DNA of 64,000 nt from an uncultured Clostridia bacterium (GTDB taxonomy: Bacteria; Bacillota; Clostridia; Christensenellales; UBA1242). Below, in pieces: positions 28,722 to 39,349 of this stretch (its first letter is position 1; each line of letters starts with the position of its first letter). The translations under genes and the position numbers were made by a program. The stretch is taken from contig CALWPG010000004.1 of the NCBI GenBank assembly GCA_944383375.1, forward strand, positions 42,423 through 106,422. The letters are read 5' to 3'. Under the pieces are notes generated by a model that worked only from the letters and a program-made list of their open reading frames with translations, had not been told where the DNA came from and ran no database searches.

Positions 28722-29846
28722 TTATTTTAAAACCGGATATCCCATACCTTCAAGATTTCTATTGTGAGTTATGCCCTTTGAACATTGAAGCAAAATTTTT
28801 TTCAATTGATCTGGCCTTAGTTGTGGGTATTTTTGCAGAATTATTGCACAAATTCCTGCAATCATTGGTGCAGATACGCTGGTACCACTCAATGTCACAT
28901 AATCGATGTGCCTTCCACAAGACACTATGTCCACACTTGGTGCCACAACATCTGGCTTTATCCTAGAAAATGCGGGACCTCTTGATGAAAATGGTGCAAT
29001 TTCAAAGAAATTTTCATTGAATGTGTCACCTATTCTGTTATCATTAAAACCACCGACTGTAATTATTTTTGATGAAATACCTGGACTTTTTATAGTGTTA
29101 TAATTAGGTCCACTATTTCCAGCTGCGGCCACAACAGTAATGCCACAATTCCAAAGCTTTTCTGCACCTCGCATGATTGGATCATTATGCCCTAACGGCT
29201 CACTGCCAAAACTCATGCAAACAACTTTTATATCATATTTTTTGTAATTTTTGTATATCCATTCAACAGCATCCAAGATAGTTGTTGCAGTTGCCTCACC
29301 GTTTTTATCCAAAGCTTTTATGGAGATTATGTTTGCATCACTTGCAAAACCGCTATATTTGCCGAATGACATAAGTCCGTTTCCACACAAAACACCTGCC
29401 ACAAAAGTTCCATGCCCGTTATCATCATAAGGAAGTGACTTATCATTAACCAAATCCACGAACTTTATAATTCGATTTTTTCTTAATGTAAAATCAAGGT
29501 GTGGAGATATCCCAGTATCAATTATTGCAACACAAATACCTTTGCCATTGTAGTCAATACCATCCACACCCATTATTTTGCGTGCAACATTGCATAATGA
29601 TTGAACTTTGCTTGAGTGTGCTATATATTTGACAAACGGCATTTTAGCACAATCATACACATCATTTTTTGTTGCATCTATGCAAAAAAGATTTAAAAAT
29701 CTGTATTCTTTTAAAATTTTTATATTTCTATGATCTAAGTATTTTCTTGCTCTTTTGTAGTCAAAAACCTCTACTAAGCATACTTGTTTTGGGTTTGTTT
29801 TAGATAACATAAATACATTTTCCAAATGTGAATCTATTTTTCTCAT
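28722..29846 (-). CDS. Subtilisin-like serine peptidase (S8 family)
   Basis: Catalytic triad contexts AIIDTGI, HGTFVAG and SGTSVSAPMIAG. Confidence 0.85.
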   Translation of the reverse strand: MRKIDSHLENVFMLSKTNPKQVCLVEVFDYKRARKYLDHRNIKILKEYRFLNLFCIDATKNDVYDCAKMPFVKYIAHSSKVQSLCNVARKIMGVDGIDYNGKGICVAIIDTGISPHLDFTLRKNRIIKFVDLVNDKSLPYDDNGHGTFVAGVLCGNGLMSFGKYSGFASDANIISIKALDKNGEATATTILDAVEWIYKNYKKYDIKVVCMSFGSEPLGHNDPIMRGAEKLWNCGITVVAAAGNSGPNYNTIKSPGISSKIITVGGFNDNRIGDTFNENFFEIAPFSSRGPAFSRIKPDVVAPSVDIVSCGRHIDYVTLSGTSVSAPMIAGICAIILQKYPQLRPDQLKKILLQCSKGITHNRNLEGMGYPVLK

Positions 29847-29854
29847 ATATCATT

Positions 29855-30133
29855 TTATTTAAGTTGTTGTAAAATTGTCATTAAATATTTTTGTTGGTCA
29901 AGAGTAAGATACGGTAAAATCTGATTTATTTGTATTCTTAGTTTTTCAAAGTCGAAATTTCCGTCACTCTTTTGCTTATCTACATTTTTTAATAGTTCTT
30001 GCATTAAACTATTTTGATCCATATCTTTGTACTTCTCATAAAGATTTTTCACGTCAGTACTTTCATTTATTTTTTCTTTTTCCTGCTTTTCAGTTTGTTT
30101 TTTTCCCTTTGATTTGAATTCACTTAACTTCAT
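29855..30133 (-). CDS. Small charged hypothetical protein
   Basis: 92-aa ORF immediately upstream of the S8 peptidase on the same strand. Confidence 0.4.
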   Translation of the reverse strand: MKLSEFKSKGKKQTEKQEKEKINESTDVKNLYEKYKDMDQNSLMQELLKNVDKQKSDGNFDFEKLRIQINQILPYLTLDQQKYLMTILQQLK

Positions 30134-30184
30134 TTTTTTACACCTTTCACTAAAACATTATATGCTTGCATATAATATTTAGTG

Positions 30185-30457
30185 ATGGAAAATGAATTTA
30201 ATATATATCCAAATACAAATTTAAACAATCAAAACAATGAGCAGTCAAATTCTCCAAGCAATAGTTCCATTTTGCAAAAGATTTTGCCCATGCTTGTATC
30301 TGGCAAAACGCTGACGGATATATTACCTTCAATTACAAACTTAAATGGAATAAATCCAATGCTTGCCAGTGTTTTGAGTACCACTCCCACAAAAAAGGAT
30401 GATAAAAAAATAGAGAGTGATACGATAGACATATCACATCTCACTAAAATTGAATAG
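30185..30457 (+). CDS. Small Asn/Ser-rich hypothetical protein
   Basis: About 90-aa ORF. No clear RBS. A TATAAT box sits about 11 nt upstream of the ATG. Confidence 0.3.
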   Translation: MENEFNIYPNTNLNNQNNEQSNSPSNSSILQKILPMLVSGKTLTDILPSITNLNGINPMLASVLSTTPTKKDDKKIESDTIDISHLTKIE

Positions 30458-30485
30458 ATACATATAATGGTGTGGAGGAAAACAT

Positions 30486-30734
30486 ATGACAAGAGATTTT
30501 AGATTATACCAAGAACATCCACACTTCGATTTAAGACCAGGCTGTGGCTGCAATCCATGTGGTCCAAGTCCTTGTTTGCCTAACTTCCCTATAATGCCAG
30601 ATTTTTGCAATCGACCTTCATGTCCGCCATCTTGTCCACCAACATGTCCACCACAACTTAAAAGACGAGGTTGTAACGAAGATTTAATGTGGCTATTAGT
30701 TGGCATAGGAATAGGTCAAATATTAGATAAGTGA
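30486..30734 (+). CDS. Cys/Pro-rich small protein with a C-terminal hydrophobic segment
   Basis: GGAGGAAAACAT-ATG RBS. 82 aa with 10 Cys in CGCNPCGPSPC...SCPPSCPPTCPP. C-terminal LMWLLVGIGIGQIL. Locally GC-rich. Confidence 0.55.
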   Translation: MTRDFRLYQEHPHFDLRPGCGCNPCGPSPCLPNFPIMPDFCNRPSCPPSCPPTCPPQLKRRGCNEDLMWLLVGIGIGQILDK

Positions 30735-32498
30735 TTCATAAATTTTAAGTAAATTGCTCATTTCGGCAAATACATAGTCGAAAGTATTCTTTTGCATTAA
30801 ATCTACACCTGCAACTTTCAAAAGTGAAACAGGATCCATTGACGAGCCCAATGTCAAAAATTTGCGATATCCATTTAACACTTCTGCATCACCTTCAAAT
30901 ATCTTGTTCGCAATGTAAAATGCCGATATTAGTCCAGTTGCATACTTGTAAACATAAAATGAGGAATAAAAGTGTGGTATACGTGACCATTCATATTTGA
31001 TTTCCTCACAAAGTTCCACATTTTCACCAAAATATCTTTTATTTAGATTATAATAAAAATCGTTAAGTGCCTTGGCAGTTGTCTCTTCACCAGATTCATA
31101 AGCCCTATGAGCATACTCTTCAAACTCAGCAAACAAAGTTTGTCGGAAAATTGTGGAGTAGAACATTTTAAATAGGTAATCAAGATAGTATAACTTTTCT
31201 TCTTTGGTTTCGGACTTGCTTAAAAAGTAATTTAAAAGCAACATTTCATTAACCGTTGATGCAACTTCAGCAACAAAAATTTCATATCCGGCCTTTTGCT
31301 CAACCTGGATTTTATTTGAAAAATAGGTATGCATGCTGTGACCAAGCTCATGCGCAAGTGTAAATATATCATTTAGTGTACTCTCATAATTTAAAAGTAC
31401 AACTGGATGTTTCCCATATGCGCCCCATGAAAATGCACCAGTGTCCTTGCCGTCATTTGTAAAAACATCTATCCATCTTTCATCAACTGCACGATGCAAA
31501 ATGTCGACATAGTCATCTTTTAATACCTTTAGTGCATCAAAAACAATGTTTGTTGCTTCTTCATAGGTATAATTTTTCTCTAAACTGGAGCAAGATGGTG
31601 CTCGCATATCATAGACTGCAATCTTGTCTAATTTTAAAATACGCCTTTTCAAATCAAAGTAATCATGAAAAACCGAGAGGTTGTCATTAACGCATTTTAA
31701 AACTGTATTGTAAACCTTAATATCCACATCCTCTGAAAACATTGCCGCTTCAAGTGGCGAAGAAAAACGTCGTACATTACTGTAAAAACTATCAGCTTTT
31801 ACATTTCCAATATATATCTCTGTAATGGTTTGATTGAGTTTTCCATATGCACCATTCATGGATTTATATGAACTTTCTCTGAGTTTTCTATCTGTGGATT
31901 GGCTATACCTATTGTAGACAGAATTATTCATTTGATATTTTTTGCCGTTACTATCAACTGCATCATCGAAGGTAATTTCTGCTGTGTCAATTTTATCAAA
32001 AATTGAAGAAAATTGTCCCGAAAATAAACCCGTTTTTGCCAACAATTTTTCTTCATTTTTTGATAGCATATGTTTTTTAAATTTAATGATATCTAAAAAA
32101 TACAAATCATAATCTTTAAAATCTTCATCATTTGATAATTGTTTTAAAAATTCGTCACTTAATTGGTTTAATTCGCTGTCAATGAACGAATATGCTTCAT
32201 TAATTTCAACCGATAATTTTTCAATTTTATTTAACATATTTTGATGCACAGCATTTGTTGAATTTTCCTTTACTTTAAGGCTTGCATAAACATATAAAAG
32301 AGACATTTTTGATGAAACTTCCTGTTCATTTTTAAGACAAAGCAAAATATCTTTTTTATTATTTAATTTATTTTCAAATTCAAGGACTTTTTTATAGTTA
32401 TTTTTAACAAATAAAAAAGTATTTTCCCATTCATTTAAATCTTTAAAATATTCACTTAAATCCCACTTATATTTTTCTGCAATTTTTTCTCTTTCCAT
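30723..32498 (-). CDS. pepF: Oligoendopeptidase F (M3B)
   Basis: HELGHSMH zinc motif. 591 aa. Confidence 0.9.
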   Translation of the reverse strand: MEREKIAEKYKWDLSEYFKDLNEWENTFLFVKNNYKKVLEFENKLNNKKDILLCLKNEQEVSSKMSLLYVYASLKVKENSTNAVHQNMLNKIEKLSVEINEAYSFIDSELNQLSDEFLKQLSNDEDFKDYDLYFLDIIKFKKHMLSKNEEKLLAKTGLFSGQFSSIFDKIDTAEITFDDAVDSNGKKYQMNNSVYNRYSQSTDRKLRESSYKSMNGAYGKLNQTITEIYIGNVKADSFYSNVRRFSSPLEAAMFSEDVDIKVYNTVLKCVNDNLSVFHDYFDLKRRILKLDKIAVYDMRAPSCSSLEKNYTYEEATNIVFDALKVLKDDYVDILHRAVDERWIDVFTNDGKDTGAFSWGAYGKHPVVLLNYESTLNDIFTLAHELGHSMHTYFSNKIQVEQKAGYEIFVAEVASTVNEMLLLNYFLSKSETKEEKLYYLDYLFKMFYSTIFRQTLFAEFEEYAHRAYESGEETTAKALNDFYYNLNKRYFGENVELCEEIKYEWSRIPHFYSSFYVYKYATGLISAFYIANKIFEGDAEVLNGYRKFLTLGSSMDPVSLLKVAGVDLMQKNTFDYVFAEMSNLLKIYESLI

Positions 32499-32507
32499 AT
32501 TATACCT

Positions 32508-33188
32508 TTATTTTATATTATTAATTTCTTTATTAAAAAAATTCCAAGGATTTTCAATTGGTGGCAAAAATATATATGTTTGCTTTTCATTTTTTGTTGG
32601 ATGGTAAAAAGACAATTTGTAAGCCCAAAGTGCCAGATTTCCACTTTTGGCAAAGCCATAGCGATGATCGCCATATATTGGTGCATTGACCCCTCTTAAT
32701 TGCACTCTAATTTGATGGCTCCTTCCGGTGTGCAAATTAATTTTAAGCAAACTTAGACCGTCTTTTTCTGATATCACCTCGTAATCCAATTTCGCTTCTT
32801 TGGCAAGTGGTGTTGTTTTTGATACCAACGAAACCATATTAGTGAAATTGTCTTTTTTTAAGTAATTGACCAGTGTGCCTTTTTTCTGCTTCAAAATACC
32901 ATTTGTAACTGCTAGATATGACTTTTTAAACTCACCGGACTTTATTTGTTCGCTTAACCTTTTTGCCGCCTTTGAGGTCTTGGCAAAAACCATAAGTCCA
33001 CCAGTGACTCTATCCAGCCTATGCACTATGCCCACAAAAACATTACCTGGCTTTTGATATTTTTCTTTGAGATATTCTTTGATCTCGGTTTGCATATCCA
33101 TATCGCCACTTTCATCTTTTTGCGTGGGAATATTTTGTGGTTTAACGCAAACCAATATGTGATTATCTTCATATATTATGTTCACCAT
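32508..33188 (-). CDS. RluA-family pseudouridine synthase
   Basis: HRLDRVTGGLMVFAK catalytic motif. Start set to MVNIIYEDNHILV. Confidence 0.85.
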   Translation of the reverse strand: MVNIIYEDNHILVCVKPQNIPTQKDESGDMDMQTEIKEYLKEKYQKPGNVFVGIVHRLDRVTGGLMVFAKTSKAAKRLSEQIKSGEFKKSYLAVTNGILKQKKGTLVNYLKKDNFTNMVSLVSKTTPLAKEAKLDYEVISEKDGLSLLKINLHTGRSHQIRVQLRGVNAPIYGDHRYGFAKSGNLALWAYKLSFYHPTKNEKQTYIFLPPIENPWNFFNKEINNIK

Positions 33189-34030
33189 ATTTTCACCCCA
33201 CTTGCACCACATGGAAGTATAAGACCATCACTGCACTTTATACCCACTTCATACGACGAAATGTTTCCATCACCAAACACAATTTTTAGTATGTTATTTA
33301 ATACCAGTGGTTGAAGCCCTGTTGTATATGAATTTATTAGCACAAACAATGGATTGTCTGAGAGAACATTTCTACAAAGTTTGACAAAATCAAAAAGGTT
33401 ATCTTCAAGCTTCCACATCTCTCCACCAGGACCTCTACCATAACTTGGTGGATCCATTATTATGGCATCATATTTGTTGCCTCTTCTTATCTCACGTTCA
33501 ACAAACTTTTTGCAGTCATCCACAATATATCTTATTGGCTTGTCATTTAGTTGCGATAGTGCAATGTTTTGTTTACATCTTTCAACCATATTTTTGCTTG
33601 CATCTACATGAGTGACAACTGCACCTGCACTTGTACAAGCCACAGTTGCACCTCCAGTGTATCCAAAGAGATTTAACACTTTAATTTCTCGCTTCGCATT
33701 TTTGATAAGTGAAATCATCATGTCCCAATTTGTCGCCTGCTCTGGAAAAAGACCGGTGTGCTTAAAGCCCATCGGCTTTATCAAAAAGTTTAAATTTCTC
33801 CACGACACTATCCAGTCATCTGGTATTTTTTTTAGATACTCCCAACTTCCACCCCCAGAGCTACTTCTATGGTAATGTGCACAAAGGTTTGGTATTTTTA
33901 ATGATTTGCCAGTATCCCAAATGACTTGTGGATCTGGACGAAGTAGGTATACTTCACCCCATCGTTCCAACTTTTCGCCTTTTGAAGATGAAATAACTTC
34001 AAAATCTTTCCACTCTTCGTTATATCTCAT
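33182..34030 (-). CDS. Class I SAM-dependent methyltransferase (RlmI/COG1092-like, no PUA domain)
   Basis: NLFGYTGGATVA SAM motif I and IIMDPPSYGRG. Confidence 0.7.
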   Translation of the reverse strand: MRYNEEWKDFEVISSSKGEKLERWGEVYLLRPDPQVIWDTGKSLKIPNLCAHYHRSSSGGGSWEYLKKIPDDWIVSWRNLNFLIKPMGFKHTGLFPEQATNWDMMISLIKNAKREIKVLNLFGYTGGATVACTSAGAVVTHVDASKNMVERCKQNIALSQLNDKPIRYIVDDCKKFVEREIRRGNKYDAIIMDPPSYGRGPGGEMWKLEDNLFDFVKLCRNVLSDNPLFVLINSYTTGLQPLVLNNILKIVFGDGNISSYEVGIKCSDGLILPCGASGVKIW

Positions 34031-34032
34031 AA

Positions 34033-37000
34033 TCAGCCCTTAATTTTAATAACTACATCCTCACCACCAATATTGACAGTTTGAACAATATTGGCATCTT
34101 CAATGTCACCATATTTTGTTACTAATGCCTCTGACTTTATTTTGTCTAGATAGTTTACCACAACTTTATTGATACTTTCGTCATTTGATACTATTTCAAG
34201 TTCAATTCTTTGTTCAATCCTAAGATCACTCTCTTTACGAATAACTTGTATAGCACGAATAAGTTCACGAAGCAAACCTTCAAGCATCAAATTCTCATCA
34301 AGTGTAATGTCAAGAACGACGGTTATATTGTTTTCACTTGCTATCACATAGTCCTTCTTTGGTTTCAAACATAGTTCGAATAACTCACTTGAAAGGGTTT
34401 GTCCCAAAAGATTGATACTACCGTTTTTATACTGACTGACAAGTTCTGCCATCTTTGTATCTGAAGCATTTAATAGTTCGGTTTTTGCTTTTTGAACATC
34501 GCCTTTAAGTATCGCTCCAGCCTTCTTAAAATTGACTTGAAGATATTCGACATTAAAGTTTGTTGCATCATGTTCAAAGACAATATTTTTGATGTTTAAT
34601 TCATCTTTTATGATATTTTCATACGCAAGTATTGCACTTTTTGCCTTATTGTCACATGTGATGTACATGGTTTTTAGTGGCTGTTTGATCTTTAATTGGT
34701 TTTCATTTCTAAGTCTTTGTGCAAGGTTTATAACATTTCTTGCAATTTGAGTGTTGTACAATACATCCTCATCGTTTATATCAAAACTCACGTCAGCAAA
34801 ACCATCCATAAAAATTGAAAGTTTGGCATTATTTTCTACCGACCTTACCAAATTTTGATAGATATGTTCACACATAAATGGTATTATTGGAGCCATGACC
34901 TTGGTGATGTTTTTCAGTGCATAATAGAGTGAAGCATATGCGCAAAGCTTATCATCGCCTCCACTTTTCCAAAATCTTCTACGGCTTGTTCTGATGTACC
35001 AATTTGACACATCATCAATCAAACTTTCAAAATCTTTGATAACATTGAAGTATCTTTGATTTTCATAATTCTCTTGGCTGTCACGAATAAATTTATTTGT
35101 TGAAACTATCAGCCATTTATCTACCACATCAAATTTGTCAGGTTTGAAACTTAAAATATTTGGATTATCCAAAACATAATACGTGTTAAAGAATACATAC
35201 GCATTCCAAAGTCCCAAAATTTTTCTACGCGTTTCATCACAAATGCCAAAACCAAAACGAGTATCATTTTGCATGTTATTGGAGGCAAAGATATACCTAA
35301 GTACATCTGCACCATATTTATCTACAACTTCATCAAAACTTATGTTGTTTGGCCCTGATTTACTAAACTTCGAACCGTCTTCAGCAACAAGCATTGCAAA
35401 GCCTATAACTTTTTTGTAAGGGGCACGATGTTCAAGTGCCACGCTCATAAACAAAAGTGAATAGAACCAAAGCCTTATTTGCTCTTTCATTTCAATAACG
35501 CATTCTGCTGGAAAATCTTTTTCCCAATGCTCTCTGTTTGTAAAATACTGTTTTGTACTAAACGGTGTAATACCAGCATCTAGCCAACAGTCACCAACTT
35601 CGCTGACGCGTTTGACCTTATGGTGACATTTTGGGCAAGTTATTTCAATTTTGTCTATATAAGGCCTGTGAAGATGAGGAAGGTTTTCAACCTCTTCACT
35701 GCTCGACAATCTTTTAAGTTCGTCAAGTGAACCCACAACTGTGAGTTCTCCACAATTTTCACATCTGTAGAATGGAAGTGGTAAGCCGTAAAAGCGCTTA
35801 CGAGAAATGTTCCAATCGCCCATATTGGTGAGCCAATCAAGCATACGCTTTTTAGTAAAAGCAGGTTGCCATTCAACAGTGTCTATTGCCTTAATTAGTT
35901 CTGGACGAATTTCATCGGCACTTAAATACCATTCCTTACTTAACCTGAATATCAATGGATTTTTACATCTCCAGCATATTGGATAGCGATGCTTATGCTT
36001 ATGAGTATAATAAAGTTTATCTTGCTTTTTTAATTCATCAAAAACAAGGTCTACAACTTCTGTCGTCTTTTTCCCAGCCAAAAATCCAAAATCAGAGTAA
36101 AATACTCCATTTTCATCAACTGGACAAACTTTTTCAAGACCCAATTTTTCGCCAAGCTCAAAGTCCTCTTGCCCACATCCAGGTGCGATATGGACAGCAC
36201 CAGAACCTTCAGTTGCGTCAACCATATCCCATGCAACAATTTTGTGCACAAAATTTTGTTGCTTAAGCTCAGGGAAACACGTCTCATATTCAAGTCCGAC
36301 GAGCTCACTTCCCTTGATAGTTTTCTCAATACTCACAAGATCATCTTTTAAGCATTTTTTTGCATCGCTACATACAATGAGTTTCCTGTTTGTACTTTTT
36401 ACATTGCATACGATATAGTCAAGTTCAGGATTTACAGCAACTGCAACATTTGAAGAAAGTGTCCAAGGTGTTGTTGTCCAAACAACGATGGACATATCAC
36501 TATCTTTTATTGGCAACTTGAAAAATACTGCCAAGTGCTCCATATCTTGATAGTTATCTGCAACTTCGTGCTCGCTGAGCGAAGTACCACAGTGACTACA
36601 CCATGGCATTGGCCTGTGCTTTTCAATAAGCCAACCTTTCTCATGACATTTTTTGAGGAAATACCATATTGATGTAATGTTTTCATCGGTATTTGTAAAG
36701 TATGAATGCTCCCAATCCATCCACTGACCAAGTCGTGTTGATTGGCGTGTGATTATTGATGAATAGTGATTTACTCTTTCAATGCATTTTTCAACAAAAT
36801 TGTCCATTCCATACGACAAAATATCTCGCTTGTCCTTTAGTCCAAGCTCTTTTTCAACATTGACCTCAACCCAAAGGCCTTGAGCATCAAAACCATTTTG
36901 AAAGCAACTATCATAGCCCTGCATGCTCTTGTAACGAAGCATAATGTCCTTGAGTGCTCTATTCCAAACATGGTGAAGCTTCATTTCATTGTTTGCTGTT

Positions 37001-37143
37001 ATTGGCCCATCCAAAAATGGATACCATTTGCCTGTCTTTGAATTTTGCTCACGCATCTTTTTAAAACAGTTTTCATCTTCCCAAAATTTTAATATATCTT
37101 TTTCTAATTTAACAAAATCTGGCATACCTTGTTCTTTTTTCAT
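34033..37143 (-). CDS. ileS: Isoleucine--tRNA ligase, long type-2 form
   Basis: Class I synthetase with KFSKSG and Zn-ribbon Cys pairs. 1036 aa from ATG 37143, preceded by AAAGGA. Confidence 0.95.
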   Translation of the reverse strand: MKKEQGMPDFVKLEKDILKFWEDENCFKKMREQNSKTGKWYPFLDGPITANNEMKLHHVWNRALKDIMLRYKSMQGYDSCFQNGFDAQGLWVEVNVEKELGLKDKRDILSYGMDNFVEKCIERVNHYSSIITRQSTRLGQWMDWEHSYFTNTDENITSIWYFLKKCHEKGWLIEKHRPMPWCSHCGTSLSEHEVADNYQDMEHLAVFFKLPIKDSDMSIVVWTTTPWTLSSNVAVAVNPELDYIVCNVKSTNRKLIVCSDAKKCLKDDLVSIEKTIKGSELVGLEYETCFPELKQQNFVHKIVAWDMVDATEGSGAVHIAPGCGQEDFELGEKLGLEKVCPVDENGVFYSDFGFLAGKKTTEVVDLVFDELKKQDKLYYTHKHKHRYPICWRCKNPLIFRLSKEWYLSADEIRPELIKAIDTVEWQPAFTKKRMLDWLTNMGDWNISRKRFYGLPLPFYRCENCGELTVVGSLDELKRLSSSEEVENLPHLHRPYIDKIEITCPKCHHKVKRVSEVGDCWLDAGITPFSTKQYFTNREHWEKDFPAECVIEMKEQIRLWFYSLLFMSVALEHRAPYKKVIGFAMLVAEDGSKFSKSGPNNISFDEVVDKYGADVLRYIFASNNMQNDTRFGFGICDETRRKILGLWNAYVFFNTYYVLDNPNILSFKPDKFDVVDKWLIVSTNKFIRDSQENYENQRYFNVIKDFESLIDDVSNWYIRTSRRRFWKSGGDDKLCAYASLYYALKNITKVMAPIIPFMCEHIYQNLVRSVENNAKLSIFMDGFADVSFDINDEDVLYNTQIARNVINLAQRLRNENQLKIKQPLKTMYITCDNKAKSAILAYENIIKDELNIKNIVFEHDATNFNVEYLQVNFKKAGAILKGDVQKAKTELLNASDTKMAELVSQYKNGSINLLGQTLSSELFELCLKPKKDYVIASENNITVVLDITLDENLMLEGLLRELIRAIQVIRKESDLRIEQRIELEIVSNDESINKVVVNYLDKIKSEALVTKYGDIEDANIVQTVNIGGEDVVIKIKG

Positions 37144-37217
37144 AATCTTGTCCTTTTTAACAATAGAGTGTAACATAATCATTATAATAATGTCAAACTT
37201 ATGAAGTGTTGGAAGCG

Positions 37218-38348
37218 TTAATCTCTACTTTTTTTCTTTGGTGCCACAATAATTACAAAAAGTATGCACTCTATACCAAGCACAACATACCACCACTCAA
37301 CATAAAAGTTGAAAACCACACCTTTTATAGTTGTAATTTGGATTACACCTCTTCCCGCAGTTAAATCATCGGCATCAACACCAAAGACAATACTACCCAT
37401 TGTATCTGTACGAAATACATTTTGAGCACCAACTAAATTTTCAACACGAGCGAGCACCTCTTCATTTGGATGTTCATAACTATTGCCTTCGCCCACAGAA
37501 ATCACTGCATAATTTGGATGAGTCGCAAGTAAAAACTCTTGTGACGTGGAAGTATTGCTACCGTGATGACCAAGTTTTAATATGTCACAACTTATGTCTA
37601 TGTAATCATCAAGCACTTCTTCTTCAACTTCTATTTCAGCATCGCCAGTAAGCAGTATTTTTCTGTATTTATATTCAATCATAATCAGTGGTGAATAATT
37701 GTTGGCATCGGTGTATTTTTGTTGTGTCGGAGATAAAAATTCAACAGTATAATCACATTCAGAATCTAAAAATAGTGGGTTGTTCATGCGTTCGGTTACA
37801 AATACCATACAATCCTCTGCATCTGCTTTGTCTATCATTGCTGTGTAACACTTTGTATTACAAGTGTTTACTTGATCAGTTGACCACCCGTTCTCTTTCA
37901 TTTCTTCATCAGTGTAAACATTTGGTCTATAAAAACTACGGATATTAAAGTTATCAAATACGACATCGGCTCCACCCACATGATCTTCGTCTTGATGAGT
38001 TGCGATAAAATAATCAATATCACGATCATCTCTTGAAGAAAACACACCATTCAAATATGAAAGCAAATCATCCTCACTTGAACCTGGACCAGCATCTACA
38101 AGCATTATCTTGTCATCTGGAAGTTCAATCAATATGCTATCGCCCTGACCGACATCAATAAAATGAACTTTTAATTCACAATTTTCTACATCTTCTGTAA
38201 GTGGCGGATTGATTAGTTCATTTACCCAAACTTCTAGTTTGTCATTAAAAAAGAAAGTAGAGCAAATTATTAATGATAGCACAAAAAATATCGCTAGTCT
38301 CACTTTCATATTTCTCTTTTGATTATTTTTAGATTTTGTTTTAGCCAT
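37218..38348 (-). CDS. Membrane-anchored MBL-fold hydrolase (ComEC C-terminal-domain-like)
   Basis: HFIDVGQGDS, HQDEDHVGG and LGHHGSNTS metallo-beta-lactamase motifs, with N- and C-terminal TM helices. Confidence 0.75.
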   Translation of the reverse strand: MAKTKSKNNQKRNMKVRLAIFFVLSLIICSTFFFNDKLEVWVNELINPPLTEDVENCELKVHFIDVGQGDSILIELPDDKIMLVDAGPGSSEDDLLSYLNGVFSSRDDRDIDYFIATHQDEDHVGGADVVFDNFNIRSFYRPNVYTDEEMKENGWSTDQVNTCNTKCYTAMIDKADAEDCMVFVTERMNNPLFLDSECDYTVEFLSPTQQKYTDANNYSPLIMIEYKYRKILLTGDAEIEVEEEVLDDYIDISCDILKLGHHGSNTSTSQEFLLATHPNYAVISVGEGNSYEHPNEEVLARVENLVGAQNVFRTDTMGSIVFGVDADDLTAGRGVIQITTIKGVVFNFYVEWWYVVLGIECILFVIIVAPKKKSRD

Positions 38349-39210
38349 GTATTTGTGGTTCCTCGCGATAATAATCTTCTTTTGTCTTGTTTTTATTAGG
38401 CTTTCTGCTCAAAAGCGCTAAGATTTGTGGCATTTTGTCTATGGTTTCTTTGTATCCTTCGTCCACCATATCCATCATTCCTTCAGTTTTGGAAGCTGAA
38501 AATCTCTTTGTTTCTGGTCCAACCATCACATCAGCACTAAGATATCCACGAAGTGCAGTATTTTCCATTAAAACTCTTATGGAACACGATACAACATCCA
38601 CTAATTTCAAACTATCAGTGCCGTAAGTTCTATGCTTATTTACATCAATCCCAATCACATAGTCACAACCAAATCTTTTTGGCACACTTGTTGGAATGGT
38701 GTTTTTAAGCCCACCGTCACAAAGGTGATAATTTTCAAATACAACGGGCACAAAAACGCCAGGAACACAGCAACTTCCTGCTACAGCTTTTGCCAAATTG
38801 CCTTTACGCAAAATGATCTCTTTTGTGGTCTTTATATCACAGGCGACACAAGCAAACGGAAGTGGCAAATCTTCTATATTTATATCACCAAGTTGAGCTG
38901 ATATAAGGTCAACAATTCCATCGGTTTTTGATGGCATAAACGGAATTTTATTGGTACGGATGTCGTCTTCTTTGATGTTTTTTGCAATTTTCATCATCTG
39001 ACTGAAAGTATAGCCAGCAGCATAAAATGCACCGATTATGCTCCCTGCACTCGTACCACAAATGAAGGCAAAATCAGTTGGCTTTATACCATATTCTTCA
39101 AATGCTTTAATAACGCCAAGATGAGCAAATCCCCTTGCTCCTCCACCACCAAACGCTATTCCGATTTTGGCTTTTCTCTTGGAAAATATCTTGTTTAAAT
39201 CAAATTTCAT
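38341..39210 (-). CDS. Patatin-like phospholipase
   Basis: GGGGARG oxyanion loop, GTSAGS nucleophile elbow, and a DGG catalytic Asp. Confidence 0.85.
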   Translation of the reverse strand: MKFDLNKIFSKRKAKIGIAFGGGGARGFAHLGVIKAFEEYGIKPTDFAFICGTSAGSIIGAFYAAGYTFSQMMKIAKNIKEDDIRTNKIPFMPSKTDGIVDLISAQLGDINIEDLPLPFACVACDIKTTKEIILRKGNLAKAVAGSCCVPGVFVPVVFENYHLCDGGLKNTIPTSVPKRFGCDYVIGIDVNKHRTYGTDSLKLVDVVSCSIRVLMENTALRGYLSADVMVGPETKRFSASKTEGMMDMVDEGYKETIDKMPQILALLSRKPNKNKTKEDYYREEPQIHG

Positions 39211-39268
39211 ATTTCACTCTCTATTAGTTAATATATTAGCATAATACTTCAAAAAAACCAATATATAA

Positions 39269-39300
39269 TAAAAAAAACTCCACAAATTGTTTTGTGGAGT
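39269..39300 (-). terminator. Rho-independent terminator after alaS
   Basis: Minus-strand ACTCCACAAA-acaa-TTTGTGGAGT followed by TTTTTTTT. Confidence 0.8.
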
Positions 39301-39349
39301 AATATTGACTTGAAAATTTCCATAAATGCAAGTCTTGATTTATATATGT

